Of a stretch of DNA of 64,000 bases, positions 12,599 through 26,434 are shown in pieces (position 1 is the first letter of the stretch; every line of letters starts with the position of its first letter). Both the position numbers and the translations under genes were made by a program. Source of the stretch: Octopus sinensis (lineage: Eukaryota); assembly GCF_006345805.1 (NCBI RefSeq), contig NC_043004.1:94798001-94862000 (forward strand), given 5' to 3'. The notes below the pieces were generated by a model. It had not been told where the DNA came from. It worked only from the letters and a program-made list of their open reading frames with translations, and ran no database searches.

Positions 12599-13179
12599 TT
12601 ATTGTTTAGATTTTTGCTATTCTGCATACACCCTTCTATCTAACATCTGTATTAACCTTGAACATTTTCATTAACCACAAACATCTTTGTTAACCTTCAA
12701 CACTTCACTGCATGTCCCCCAAGATGTATCCAATTCTTGTCTTGATGGATTTCTCAAATTATAATGAATAATGATAATGATAGTATTTCTCTTTCTCTCC
12801 TCACTTTCCCTCTCTTCCTCTCTCTAATTTTCTCTCACAAAAACGAAAGCAGCACTAATGTAAATAATTCTATGAAACCAGGAGGAATAACTATTTATGC
12901 AACTATATAAAATAACGGCATAAAAACATACCAGAATCATAAAGCAGCATACACAGAGACACAGAAGGAAACATGTGTGAATCTATATTAGCCAACTAGC
13001 ATGATAGCAGCACCAATTTCGAAAATAAAGTGTCCTATTTGAATAAGTGATATAATAGATGCCACTAAAGTATGGGTGTTAGTTAAAGAAAACATCTTTA
13101 AAAATTGCTGATTAAGGTTAAAACAATATGACCAACATACCTGTTTGTTACAATTCAAATTTTGTTTATTATGACATAG

Positions 13180-13560
13180 GACCAAAGCGTTTCTATAAAA
13201 GACCACCAAAAACATATAATAGCACAGAATATGTAAAGATGGGAAGAGACACACAGACACATTGTTTGTGGCTGCCCAATTCTAGTCAAGAATATGATAC
13301 ATCTACAGACATGACAGATTTGGGACTGTAGAAATTATACCAACACTGTGAAATAGCATCCGCAAAGTTCTGGGATAGAGATACAACAGTAAAAGTCTTC
13401 TGGGAATAGAAAAGCAGGCATATTCTTGGATATGCCAAATACACAGAGGCGGGGAACACAAGGCTAAACAAACAGGTAGTGTTGTTAAGAAAAAACTAGG
13501 AAAAGAAATGGCTCCAATAAACTTGTCAGTACTAACAGGTGAAATTATTTGAATATATAG
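13180..13560 (+). pseudogene. Degraded R4/Dong-like LINE zinc-knuckle and RLE region
   Basis: Across frames: ETHRHIVCGCPILVK, KLYQHCEIASAKFW, GNRKAGIFLDMP, resembling the R4-clade CCHC-to-RLE region. Confidence 0.6.
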
Positions 13561-13623
13561 ATAATAGAGATAACCCAAATGTGAGGCTAGAATATGGAAA
13601 CAATATTAATACTAATAAGCAAT

Positions 13624-13857
13624 TTACTCTTTTACTTGTTTCAGTCATTTGACTGCGGCCATGCTGGAGCACTGCCTTTAGTTGAGCACATCGACCCCAG
13701 GACTTATTCTTTGTAAGCCTAGTACTTATTCTATTGGTCTCTTTTGCCAAACTGCTAAATTACGGGGATGTAAACACACCAGCATTGGCAGTCAAGTGAT
13801 GTTGGGGGGACAAACACAGGCACACAAACATACACACACACACACACACACACACAC

Positions 13858-13905
<48 letters not shown>

Positions 13906-13991
13906 CATATATATATACATAAATATATATATACATATATATATACATATATATATATATACATATATATATATATGATGATGATGATATA

Positions 13992-14049
<58 letters not shown>

Positions 14050-14062
14050 GATATATATATAT

Positions 14063-14119
<57 letters not shown>

Positions 14120-14275
14120 ATACATATATACATATGATGGGCTTCTTTCAGTTTCCGTCTACCAAATACACTCGCAAGGCTTTGGTTGGCCCGAGGCTAT
14201 AGTAGAAGACACTTTCCAAAGGGTCCATGCAGTGGGACTGAACCTGGAACCATGTAGTTCGTAAACAAACTACAT
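13624..14275 (-). mobile_element. SINE family A with internal (TA)n expanded to ~300 bp
   Basis: Both halves match family A and flank the TA array at about 13830-14135. Confidence 0.85.
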
Positions 14276-15003
14276 AACTAAACCCTATTACTTATAAATA
14301 TGCACTACATTCCAAAAATAATGATGCTAAGCACTGTATACATATTATGTAGAGTACTCTACTTCCAATACAGTAAAAATAACAAAACAAAAACAAACAC
14401 ACCACATATCCAAGGTACATAGAGCAGCATTTGGTAGGCCTTGAAAGCAGTGCAGTGAAAGTATGCAATATAGAATAAGACACCACCTGTGACCAACTTT
14501 TCAAGGATAGTTTTTTTCTTTGTCCATTTATGTACCATCTTGGCCATGCTTCTCATAAGTTAATTTCACTTCCATCTATCTGAAGATCAGGTTTGAACTA
14601 GAATCCGAGCATTTTTGTCCATAAAGCTGATGAGCAAAAGACTTTCTCTTCTAGATGCTAAGCAGCAAATCTGTCAACCTGTTGTGAATAAATCATATTT
14701 TTCTGCCAACTCTTATTTCTTGTAAGCTGTGACAACCACCACAGAAATAATAAAAGTGGTAATAAATAACATGTAAATTTAAATGACATTTTAATCATAG
14801 CTTTGTAATTAAAATATAAATAATTTTGATTAAATTTGCTAATTTTAAAATTACATTGTTGTAAAAAATGGAAATTGAATGGAAAATAATTCAAAGTGTA
14901 TCAGTATCTTTATAGGTATCTCTACACATCAATATGCATATACACACATGCACACTTACATTTTCTCGCACACTTACACAAATGTATGTGTGTGTGAGTG
15001 AGT

Positions 15004-15039
<36 letters not shown>

Positions 15040-15103
15040 CTGCACACATATAATCAAATGCAGAATATATATTTATATTTATGTATGTAGTGTATAATAT
15101 ATG

Positions 15104-15155
<52 letters not shown>

Positions 15156-15904
15156 CACATTACATATATGCACATATACATACATATATATGTATATATA
15201 TATATTATATATATGCTACATATTATATGCACACACATATATATTCACACATAAATCACATAAATGGTTGTATATAAATGTATGCGTATGTATATAAAAC
15301 CCAAGAGTGATATATGCTAACATACAAGTTTTATTATTTTTAATTACTGACTATGTAATTGTTGTCAATACAAGCCAGTGTATACCAAAGAAACATTTTA
15401 CTTTAATTAGGCAAGCCTGTTGTAATTATTTTCAGAACAATGTAAGTATTACGTGATGTCTAACATTGCTATTTATGGTAGCTTTACTGCTCGTGTTAAT
15501 TTTCGTTAATTTTCTTTACATCTTCCTGTGATTTCCAAAACAATTTTGCAACAATATGTAGCAGTTATTGTTTCTCTATTTATTATGTCTTTGCAAACAT
15601 TCTTCTTTTTATTGCATGTTTCACTATGTTAGCAAGTGCAGCTCAGTGTGCCTTGAGTATTTGCAATGTTTTGATTATTATTCTTTATACTTTTAGGTTT
15701 ATATTAGTATTTTGACTTTTCTCTATGTAATATTATTTTTTCCTTTGCCTTGTAGTGTTGTTTTCTGTATGTTATGCTTATTTGTAAGTCCTGTGGTTTT
15801 CATTGTATTCTGTCTGCATGTTTGGCTTTTCTTTTTTTTTTTTTTCTTTTATAAACTATTATTTCTGCTGAAGTCAATACATTCTAGTTATCGCTATTTA
15901 CAAA

Positions 15905-16380
15905 TCTTTTCATTTGGATAATTTTTACATTTCTTTTAGAGATACAATATTACCTTTTGGGACCAATACTTTGATTAGAAAGTATTTCCTTTCTTTCTGA
16001 TCCTTAACAACAATATCTGGTTGATTATCCTTGATCTCTGTATCTGAACTGGTACAGCCCTGAATACAGATGTTTTGAGAGACAGTTTTAATGCATGTTT
16101 TTATCACATCTTTTTTTTGCTTCTACTTCATAATGCTGGCATGGCATCTAGAGTCTGAGAAATACAAGTCTGTTATGCTTGTAGATGTATTCTTTCTTAG
16201 TTAAGATTAAGCAATTAAAAACAGTGGGGTTGATTGCTTCTTCCTTAACCTCCACATATTCTTCAGTTATTTAGTGTAGGTTTTTGGTGGTTTTTGTCAG
16301 GAAGGTTTTGATCTTGTACCACAATAAGAATCCTTGAGTCGCAGCTTTGTGTCCAGTACTTCTCAGTTAGTTTTGCTATT
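15905..16380 (-). pseudogene. Degraded R4/Dong-like LINE C-terminal fragment
   Basis: DTEIKDNQPDIVVKDQKERKYFLIKVLVPKGNIVSLKEM (PD...D RLE motif), preceded by LTKKEYIYKHNR and CQHYEVE. Confidence 0.7.
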
Positions 16381-16509
16381 GTTCATTACGTATTTTGATT
16401 CTGTTTGGCTTTTTCAAATACTGACCATACAGAAGCTTTCTTTTCTTTTTATGATCATTGCTTTTGTATAATATATTCTGTAGCTCCATTTTATTTAGTT
16501 TTTAGGTTT

Positions 16510-16804
16510 TTAATCATCCTCATCCTCATCCTCCCCTCTTTGTCCTCTACTCTTCGCACACCCCTCCTCATCCTCCTCTCCCCTCCTTCTCTTCACCACC
16601 GTCATCATCATTACCATTAACATCACCTTCACCACCATCATCATCATCATCATAATCATCACCATCATCATCACCATCATCATCATCATCATCATCATCA
16701 TCTTCCTCATCATTATCATCATCATCATCATCACCATCACCATCACCATCACCATCATGACCATCATCATCATCATCATTATCATCATCATCATCATCAT
16801 CATT

Positions 16805-16847
<43 letters not shown>

Positions 16848-16903
16848 CCATCATCATCATCACCACCATCATCATCACCACCATCATCTTCATCATCATC
16901 ATC

Positions 16904-16937
<34 letters not shown>

Positions 16938-16990
16938 TCATCATCACCATCATCATCATCAGCAGCAGCAGCAACAGCAACATCATCATT
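16510..16990. repeat. (CAT/CAC/CCT)n compound array
   Basis: Directly visible. Confidence 0.95.
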
Positions 16991-17256
16991 ACTTACTAAA
17001 CTGTTGAAACATTGGTTCAAGTGCTTCGCAGTATTTCTTTTGACTTTTTGCATTCTGAGATCAAATTCCAAATTTGCATTTAAATCTTGTTAAGATTGAT
17101 AAAATAACGTACCAGTCAAGTACTGAGGTTGATGTTATTGACTAACTCCTGTCCCTCCCTAAAATCATTGGTCTTGTTTGAAAAACTGAAACGATTATTA
17201 CTTTGAATTCTATGGCAATGAATTAAGAGAAGTTTGTGAGCACTGGATGAATGTCA

Positions 17257-17657
17257 TACTCTTTTACTCTTTTACTTGTTTCAGTCATTTGACTGTGGCC
17301 ATGCTGGAGCACCACCTTTAGTCGAGCAAATCGACCCCAGGACTTATTCTTTGTAAGCCCAGTACTTATTCTATCGGTCTCTTTTGCCAAACCGCTAAGT
17401 GACAGGGACGTAAACACACCAGCATCAGTTGTCAAGCAATGCTAGGGGGGACAAGCACAGTCACACAAGCACATACACACACATATATACATACATATAT
17501 ACGACAGGCTTCTTTCAGTTTCCGTCTACCAAATCCACTCACAAGACATTGGTCGGCCCGGGGCTATAGCAGAAGACACTTGCCCAAGATGCCACGCAGT
17601 GGGACTGAACCCAGAACTATGTGGTTGGTTAGCAAGCTACTTACCACACAGCCACTC
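17257..17657 (-). mobile_element. SINE family A, full length
   Basis: High similarity to the other A copies. Confidence 0.9.
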
Positions 17658-18209
17658 ATAATATATATTCCGGATCTTAGTGTCCTGAGTTCATATTTCA
17701 TGTTGATCAACTGTACCTTTCATTCTTCCAGAGTTGATAAATCAAATATTGGAATGAATTTAAATGACTAATGCTTCACCATCCTGCACCCGCTCCACCT
17801 TCTCCTCCTCTTCATTATCAGCATTTAATGTCTGTCTCCCATGCAGGAATGGGTTGAATAGTTTTACAAGATCTGTTGAGCCGGAGGACTGCATTGAGAT
17901 CCATTACCTATTTTGGTATAGTTTCTATGGTTGAATGTACTTCCTAAGGCCAACCACTTCACAGAGTGTACTGGGCACTTTTTTTTTGTGGCACCAACTC
18001 TAATGAGGCCACCAAGTAATTCACAAGTCAAGATATGAACCCCTTTGATTGAGTAGGGGGTGTAGTATTGATGAAGATGGCTTTGTGCCAGGTGTTGAGG
18101 AGTGAATAAATGATAGACAAGGTAGGATCAAGTGTTTTGCTGTAGAGGAAATACGTGAATACCCCAGCATAGAAGAGAGGAAAGAGATGACGGTGATGAT
18201 GATTTTACA

Positions 18210-18447
18210 GGCGGCGAGCTGGCAGAAACATTAGCACGCCAAGCGAAATGCATAGCCGTATTTTGTCTGCCGTTACGTCCTGAGTTCAAATTCCGCCGAG
18301 GTCGACTTTGCCTTTCATCCTTCCAGGGTCGATTAAATAAGTAAAAGTTACACACTACACTGGGGTCGATATAATTGACTTAATCCATTTGTCTGTCCTT
18401 GTTTGTCCTCTCTGTGTTTAGCCCCTTGTGGGTAGTAAAGAAATAGG
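18210..18447 (+). mobile_element. SINE family B (tRNA-like head, Nin/Deu-like central domain, tail 1)
   Basis: gagctggcagaaacattagc...gagttcaaattcc...gcctttcatccttccagggtcgattaaataagta; the domain name is by resemblance only. Confidence 0.85.
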
Positions 18448-19199
18448 TGATGATGTGGCAGGGGATACCCTCAATGTAAACAATGGTAAGTGACAATATG
18501 GACAGAGGATCAGAAAGGGTGGACAAATAAATAAATATGCAAAAGTATGAAAGGAGAGTGATAGATGGTTAGAAATGGTGATAGAGATGCCTATGTTAGA
18601 AATAATTATTAGATTGAATTCTGATGATGTTACCTCTAGAAATTCCTCAGTACGAGGTTGGTTGGTACAATATATTGATCTCAGTTCAATGAGAGAGTTC
18701 ATATGGGGTTGCTTGAAATGCTAAAATAACAGTCAAGTTTACTATAAATCAAATCTTACTTATTAAATAATGGTGAGGATTTGGGGATATGGTAGATTAA
18801 GGGAATCATGGCTAAAATGTCTGAGATCACAGATCAGATAAATCAGAGTTGAATTGGAGCTAAACATGACAAACAACAATAACAACATCAAAAATCAGCA
18901 ACAACCACAACCTGCAGTGAAAATCCAACAGAAACACCACTGACGAAAACAACAACAACAGTTATAATCTCCCTTCTTGACAATAAATGGCCAGGCACCT
19001 AATCAGAATAATTTCAATATTTCATACCATTTCTTGCAAGGAAGAGTTAGTTAAGCAGTACACAGATTTCATAAACAAATTGCAACTCACAATCCAGTCT
19101 ACATCCCGTTCCTCCAAGCCTTTGTAAAAATCCCACGAGAAAGCAAAAATATGAAATAATGTCATTTCCATCTTCTATAAAACTTACAATCACTTTCCT

Positions 19200-19210
19200 T
19201 CTTTATTATG

Positions 19211-19282
<72 letters not shown>

Positions 19283-19328
19283 TTTTATTATTATTATTAT
19301 TACTATTTATTATTATTATTATTATTAA

Positions 19329-19387
<59 letters not shown>

Positions 19388-19389
19388 TA

Positions 19390-19441
<52 letters not shown>

Positions 19442-19538
19442 ATTATTATTATTATTAATATTATCATTATTATTATTATCATTATTATTATTATCATTAT
19501 TATTATTATCATCATCATTATTATTATTATTATTATTA

Positions 19539-19569
<31 letters not shown>

Positions 19570-19672
19570 GATTATTATTATTATTATCATCATCATTATT
19601 ATTATTATTATTATTATTATAATTATTATCATTATTACTACTATTATTATTATTATTATTATTATTATCATC
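19200..19672. repeat. (TTA)n microsatellite
   Basis: Directly visible. Confidence 0.95.
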
Positions 19673-19940
19673 TTTATATTCCTGAAGTTAGAAATCTAAT
19701 ATTTTTCTATCAGTTCAACTGCAGATGTCATAATTTCCATTTACCATCTCCCTTTTATTTTCAGATATCCTCGGAATATACTTGGATCACAACGAAAAAG
19801 CAAAGTTTTATATGAGTGCATTGGAGATTACCATTTCTTTTAATTTTGATCCTTTATACATTTATATCCCATGAGTCAATATTATCTAAAATAATATACC
19901 GCGTGTGTGTTTTTGCGAGTGTATTTATGCGAGTATTCCC

Positions 19941-19982
<42 letters not shown>

Positions 19983-20312
19983 TGTGTGTGTGTGTGCGTG
20001 TGTGTATGTGTTTTCTCTTTCTGCTGTTCCGCCTTTCTCACTTGTTTTCCTTTCTAGAAATACCTAACCGTTTTATGTGATATTCCCAAATGTAATTACA
20101 TCAAAGGTAGGAATGTGTGTATGTGTGTGTGTATGTGTGTGCATGTGTGTGTACGTGTGTGTGCGCGTGTGTAAAATAATATAATGTAATGCAATTTATG
20201 TCATATAAAATATATATTTATAATAAGAACACACACACATATATATATGTTATACTCACACATATATGTATATTCATAAATGTGTATGCATACACATGCA
20301 TGTATACACATG

Positions 20313-20353
<41 letters not shown>

Positions 20354-20911
20354 GCATGCATACATACAAACATACATGCATGCATACATGCATACATACA
20401 TATGTGCATGCATACACATATATATTTGTCCCTTGAAAAGAACAAATATGAATCTAACAGAAAACAAGTGACTAATTTATAAATATATAAATACACAGCT
20501 ATATAAACTGAGAGATTTGTAAAGAGATAAATAAAATATTTCTCAGTAAAAACTGTCCCTTTTTCATATTTATTCTTGAGAGATTTAGATAAGGAAATTT
20601 ATATGCAATGCAGTATTGATTTTATTATTAATTTTATTATTTTCAGGCAGTAGGATTGGCCTTGTGTTTAACAAAACGCTTTTTGGGTGCATCCCCTTTA
20701 TTTTGTACCCAGACCCAAACAATGTCGACTTGGTCTTTAACCCTTAGTATTCCTATTACTCTATCAAATGTAATGCTTTTTTATCCACGTTGTTTGAAAT
20801 TAATCCTGAATTACCTCATAGCTTTGAGATTTCAATGATGCAACTCTTTCTTTTTAGAATGACATTATAGGGCAGATGTGAGAAGCCAGATCTATCTGGT
20901 TTGCACAAAGG

Positions 20912-21381
20912 GAAATCGAAATAAAATTCGATGACTGGCATCCATACTAGTGGAGCGCTAAGAGCACCATCCAAGCGTGATCGTTGCCAGAGCAGCTAAC
21001 TGGCTTCCATGCCAGTGGCACGTAAAAAGCACCTTTTGAGTGTGATCGTTACCAGCGGTGTCTTACTGGCACTTGTGCCAGTGGCATGTGAAAAAACATT
21101 TGAGCGACGTTGTTGCCAGTGTCACTGAACTGGCTCCTGTGCAAGTGGCACATAAAAAAATAACCATTTGAGCGTGGCCGTTGCCAGTACTGCCTGACTA
21201 GCCATTGTGCTGGTGGCACGTATAAGCACCCACTACACTCTCGGAGTGGTTGGCATTAGGAAGGGCATCCAGCTCTAGATCAAATTGGAACCTGATGCAG
21301 CCATCTGGTTCGCCAGTCCTCAATCAAATCGTCCAACCCATGCTAGCATGGAAAACGGACGTTAAACGATGATGATGATGA
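20912..21381 (+). mobile_element. Family C element with 5-6 internal ~60-bp tandem units
   Basis: Repeated gtggcacgtaaaaagcacc...gagcgtg...gttgccag units; ggttggcattaggaagggcatccagc (RTE-type motif); (GAT)n tail. Confidence 0.85.
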
Positions 21382-22344
21382 CAGGTAGAATATTTTGACC
21401 TGATATAACCAGTTTAAATGCTAAATGGTCAATCCTTCTAAAGACAATAAAACAAATAATGTCCCTGTAAAGTACAGAATTAATTTAATCCACTGTACTG
21501 TCTCTGAAAATTTTAAAGTTTGTGTTCATGTTAAAAAATTATCACTTGTAATACACAGGAACAAAACTACATTAATGATAAAATGTGAGGAGGAACAATT
21601 TCTTCCAAAAGAAAATAACGGAGAAATTCAAGAGAATGAAATGAACTAAGATTCAACATTCATCGAAAATTGAACAGCTAGCCGACAAAATTGTGTATAT
21701 GTGGTGCCACGGATTTCCTGAAGAAGTTGGTATGACACAAAAAGCCATAAGGTTCAAAATATCAACAACAGGCAAAAGATGAATATTAGTAAAATTAAAA
21801 ATAAAATATTACAACGGATTTTGAAGAGATTACTCTCAAGATGCTGGTGTGTTTCAACATCCGATGCTTAAAAAAATCACATTGGTGCATTTGATTGCAC
21901 TCGAATACAATTTGAGGAATGGTTAAGCGAACACATTCGTAGAGTTCTCTAATTTAATCAAACCAGTAATCTTTCAGGTTTACTTCCTTTAATTAAATTC
22001 TGTTTCTGTTGTGTTTTTCTTGATTTCTTTGCGTGTATGAATGTATATTTTTTACATACATATATGTATGTGTGTACCTGTTTATATGCATGTGTGTTTA
22101 CGTGTGTCTAGTCTTAAAATGCTAAATATGTCCTTTCATATTTTGTGTAACGTCACACATTCTCCTCCCATATTCAAAAATATGATCTTCATATTTCACA
22201 TCTTTCTTTCTTCGTAAACCCCAGAGAACATTTTTTTTTACTTTTGTATCTCTTCGATTTCGTGTTGTTAATAAATATCATCATCATCATCATCATTATC
22301 ATCATCATTATTATCATTATTGTTATTTATTATTCTGGACAAAA

Positions 22345-22745
22345 TGCTTAGCAACATTTCGTCCATGTTTATATTCTGAGTTCATATTTCACCGAGGTGA
22401 ACATTGCCTTTCATTTTCTCAGGGTCGATAAATTAAGTACCAGTGAAACACAGGGGTCGATGTAATCAACTAGATCCCTCCCCAAAATTTCAGGCCTTCT
22501 GCCCATTGTAGAAAGGGCACCAAGCTGGCAGAATCGTTAGCACGCCGGGCGAAATGCTTAGCAGTATTTTGTCTGCCGTTACGTTCTGAGTTCAAATTCC
22601 GCTGAGGTTGACTTTGTCTTTCATCCTTTCGGGGTCGATTAAATTATTACCAGTTACGCACTAGGGTTGATGTAGTTGATATAATCCCTTTCTCTGTCCT
22701 TGTTTGTCCCCTCTGTGTTTAGCCCCCTGTGGGCAATAAAAATTT
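22345..22745 (+). mobile_element. Two adjacent SINE B copies (tail 2, then tail 1)
   Basis: The first ends cccaaaatttcaggccttctgcccattgtagaaagg; the second ends gccccctgtgggcaataaa. Confidence 0.8.
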
Positions 22746-22794
22746 TTTAAATGTTATTATTATTATTATTATTACTATTATTATTATTATTATT

Positions 22795-22905
22795 TTTATT
22801 GCCTTTGCACAGCTTCTAACGCTGGAGATGTACTACAGTGTCAGTTGTTCACTACCAGTGAACTAAGGTAATACCTCTTATTTTTCGAGCACCTTCTGGA
22901 GTATT
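22795..22905 (-). mobile_element. 3' end of R4/Dong-like LINE, subfamily 3
   Basis: Ends ILQKVLEK*; the 3' UTR matches 34122-34230; (AAT)n tail. Confidence 0.65.
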
Positions 22906-23191
22906 TTTTTCTTCTTCTCCTCCTTCTTCCTCTTCTTTCTCTTCTTCTTCTTCTTCTCCTCTTCTCTTCTTCTCTTCTTCTTCTTCTTCTTCTTCTTCTT
23001 CTTCTTCTTCTTCTTCTTCTTCGACTACTCCTCCTCCTCCACCTTCTTCTGTTGCTTTTCCTTCTGCTTCTTCTTGTTCTTGTTCTTTTTTGCTATTATT
23101 ATTTATATGGTTGTTGTCATCCTCCTCATCCTCATCCTCCCCCATCATCATCATAATAATCATTGCTGCAAATGCAGCAGCAGCAGCAGCG

Positions 23192-23282
<91 letters not shown>

Positions 23283-23350
23283 CAGCAGCAGCAGCAGCAA
23301 CAGCAGCAGTAGTAGTAGTAGTAGTAGTAGTAGCAGCAGCAGCAGCAGCT
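22905..23350. repeat. (CTT)n followed by compound (CAG)n/(TAG)n/(GGT)n array
   Basis: Directly visible. Confidence 0.95.
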
Positions 23351-23860
23351 GTAGTTGTTGAGGCTGATGTAGTTGGGTTTTCGTGGTGAATACCGTTTAT
23401 AATAGAATCCAGTCTGTGGTGTGTTGTGTTTCTTGACTATTGAGATTCAGGGTGTCAGATCATAGCAAAATACACGTATGACGAACACAATGAAGTAAAA
23501 GGCATTGAACAATACTGAGTACTAGATAATGGACTCAATCTTCAACTCAATTTACTACCTCAAGGGAATTGCAGGACAAAACCCGGGAAGAATAGCCAAA
23601 ATTAGCACACAAAGAGGAATTTCATTCAGTACAATGAAAGAGTTCTAATGTCTGTTTGTTCTCTTTCTTTTGTGTTCATTTATTCTTTTCTTTTCTTTTC
23701 TTTTCTGCTATCTACCAGTTCTCTTTTCAATAATAATAATACACTGTTTTATAAAAGACTTGATACATTGCTGTGTTGTTATCTCATAGTCTGTATGCTA
23801 GTGTACTTGCGTGTGAGTATGTATGTATGTATGTATGTATGTATGTATGTATATATGTAT

Positions 23861-23892
<32 letters not shown>

Positions 23893-23943
23893 TATACATA
23901 CTTAAATACATACATACATACACACTGATATACTTGCATGCAC

Positions 23944-23985
<42 letters not shown>

Positions 23986-24052
23986 TATACATATATATAT
24001 ATATATGTATGTATATACATGCATATATATTCGTATACATATGTGGTTTATG

Positions 24053-24087
<35 letters not shown>

Positions 24088-24698
24088 GTATAAATATATG
24101 CTGATATATGTACCTATGTCTCTATATGTATATCTGTGTGTGTATGTGTTTATATATATATATATATATATCAACATCATCAGATTTAATGTCCATTTTC
24201 CATGCTGACATGCATTGGACTGTATATGCATGCATGTATGTATATATGTAAGTGTGTAAGTATGTATGTATGTATGAATATATGTATATAGGTATGGGCA
24301 TATTCATGTGTCCAAAGGTTTCTTTTTGTAGCCCCAGGGTCTACAGTTCATTCCTACCATATAATATGGTGGATAGCTGCTTTCTGAATAGCAGTATTTG
24401 AAAAGAATTAGTTGACAGAAACTGAAAGAAGCCTCTTGCATATAAGCATGTGTGTGTGTTTGTAGCTTGACTTGTGTACTACAAGGAAACAAGATCACTG
24501 TCATTATTCTCAATCTGCCACAAAAACATGTCCAGTCATTGAGCCATTCCTTGTTTGAAGAATTAGGAGGAAGATTACCATATTGTGGACCAAATAATTA
24601 ACTATATATTAATTGGTAAATTCAGTAATGAAAGTAAAAGAAGACTTCTCCTCACATATATGTGGCAAGTATTTATATATAATTCATACTCCTTTATA

Positions 24699-25100
24699 GG
24701 CACAGGAGTGGCTGTGTGGTAAGTAGCTTGCTTACCAAACACATGGTTCCGGGTTCAGTCCCACTGCATGGCACCTTGGGCAAGTGTCTTCTGCTATAGC
24801 CTTGGGATGACCAAAGCCTTGTGAATGGATTTGGTAGACGGAAACTGAAAGAAGCCTGTCGTATATATGTATATGTAACTATGTGTGTGCTTGTGTGTCT
24901 GTGTTTGTCCTCCCCAACATCGCTTGACAACCGATGCTGATGTGTTTATGTCCCCGTATCTTAGCGGTTTGGCAAAAGAGACCAACAGAATAAGTACTAG
25001 GCTTACAAAGAATAAGTTCTGGGATCGATCTGCTTGACTAAAGGTGGTGCTTCAGGATGGCCACAGTCAAATGACTGAAACAGGTAAGAGAGTAAAAGAG
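24699..25100 (+). mobile_element. SINE family A, full length
   Basis: Matches 11161-11572. Confidence 0.9.
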
Positions 25101-25179
25101 TACTAATAAAGTTACTAATATTAGGTATTGGTATGTGGATATATGTGTCTACATACGCCTTCAGTATTTGAGTGTTTTA

Positions 25180-25340
25180 CATCATCATCATCATCATCAT
25201 CATCATTTAGCGTCCGCTTTCCATGCTGGCATGGGTTGGATGGTGCAACTGGGGTCTGGGAAGCAAGAAGGCTGCACCAGGCCCAGTCTGATCTGGCAAT
25301 GTTTCTACGGCTGGATGCTCTTCCTAATGCCAACCACTCC
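25180..25340 (-). mobile_element. Family C 3' fragment
   Basis: catttagcgtccgctttccatgctggc...ggatgctcttcctaatgccaacc. Confidence 0.85.
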
Positions 25341-26176
25341 ATAATTATTACGTAGAGTTACCCATATCTGAAGAAAATTGTGTTGCTCTCCCATATAAGT
25401 GTATGTGTGTGAGCGTTACTGTATGTGAGATTTGTGGTCAGTATTTCAATGAATCTGTACTGCTAATTATTATATAAGCCGATGTGTGGAAAAATATCTG
25501 TTGATATTTATGTGTGTAAATATATGTCTGTACATGTGCACTTAGTATGTGATTGTATTTGCCATTATTAGCAAATATACAACACCAATATTTGAAAGAA
25601 ATTCTGTGGTTATGTGCTTGTGCGTACAGGTATTCACCCGCACACGCAATGTATTAATGTATCTCTTTGCGTATGTGGTCAGTATTTGAATATATTTTGT
25701 ACCATGAACTATGATAGTTACCAATATCTGTAAAGACATTGTGTTGCTATGTAGCTGTCTTTGTGTGTGTTTATAAATGTATTTCTATTACATTTCATTT
25801 CTTACATTACTATTATTGATTTTGTATAACCTGTAACTTGCCCAGTATATAACATTTTGAATAGAGTTAGGCCTCATAGCTTATATCTAAATTATTTGCT
25901 AAAAGAGTGCAATTTTGATAAACAGTAAAATAGCAGTTTCTCATATTTTGTTCAGTAATTATTGATTAAAAAGTTTGGAGTTCCTGTCTTGTGTAGTTTC
26001 TAATATACCAGAACAGACAGACACTCAAGTTATCAATCAAGCAAACAATGTGAAAATATATTTGTAAAAACAGTGACACCTAAGATTTTGAGGATTGAAT
26101 AGGAGAGAACGGGGGTAGGGATGCTCAATATAAGAAAGGAGAATAGATTAAAATAAGGTCATGAGATGAATGTATA

Positions 26177-26231
<55 letters not shown>

Positions 26232-26236
<5 letters not shown>

Positions 26237-26386
26237 TATATATATATAGATATAAAGTTAATCCAAACATGAAATCACAAAGAGAAAACACAACAATGCG
26301 AGGACGTGGGACAAGTATAGTATTATTGGATGCTCAGGATAGAAGGAAAAAAGGAGGGTCTAATGTTTCAATCGGAGCTCTTCGTC

Positions 26387-26389
<3 letters not shown>
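26232..26389 (-). mobile_element. Short Penelope-like element in (TA)n with a degenerate hammerhead motif (26360-26389)
   Basis: Minus strand CTGACGA-A-GAGCtccGATT-GAAA-CATT; (TA)n on both sides. Confidence 0.55.

Positions 26390-26434
<45 letters not shown>

Noticed and set aside
13128-13331. 67-aa ORF that looks protein-like
   Set aside because: Alternative frames match the Dong zinc-knuckle region; it is a frameshifted LINE relic.
16510-17071. Poly-Met and poly-Asp ORFs
   Set aside because: Microsatellite translations.
20930-21240. CRISPR-like repeat-spacer appearance of ~60-bp units and SINE B arrays
   Set aside because: Units are degenerate tandem copies without unique spacers, there are no cas genes, and the context is eukaryotic.
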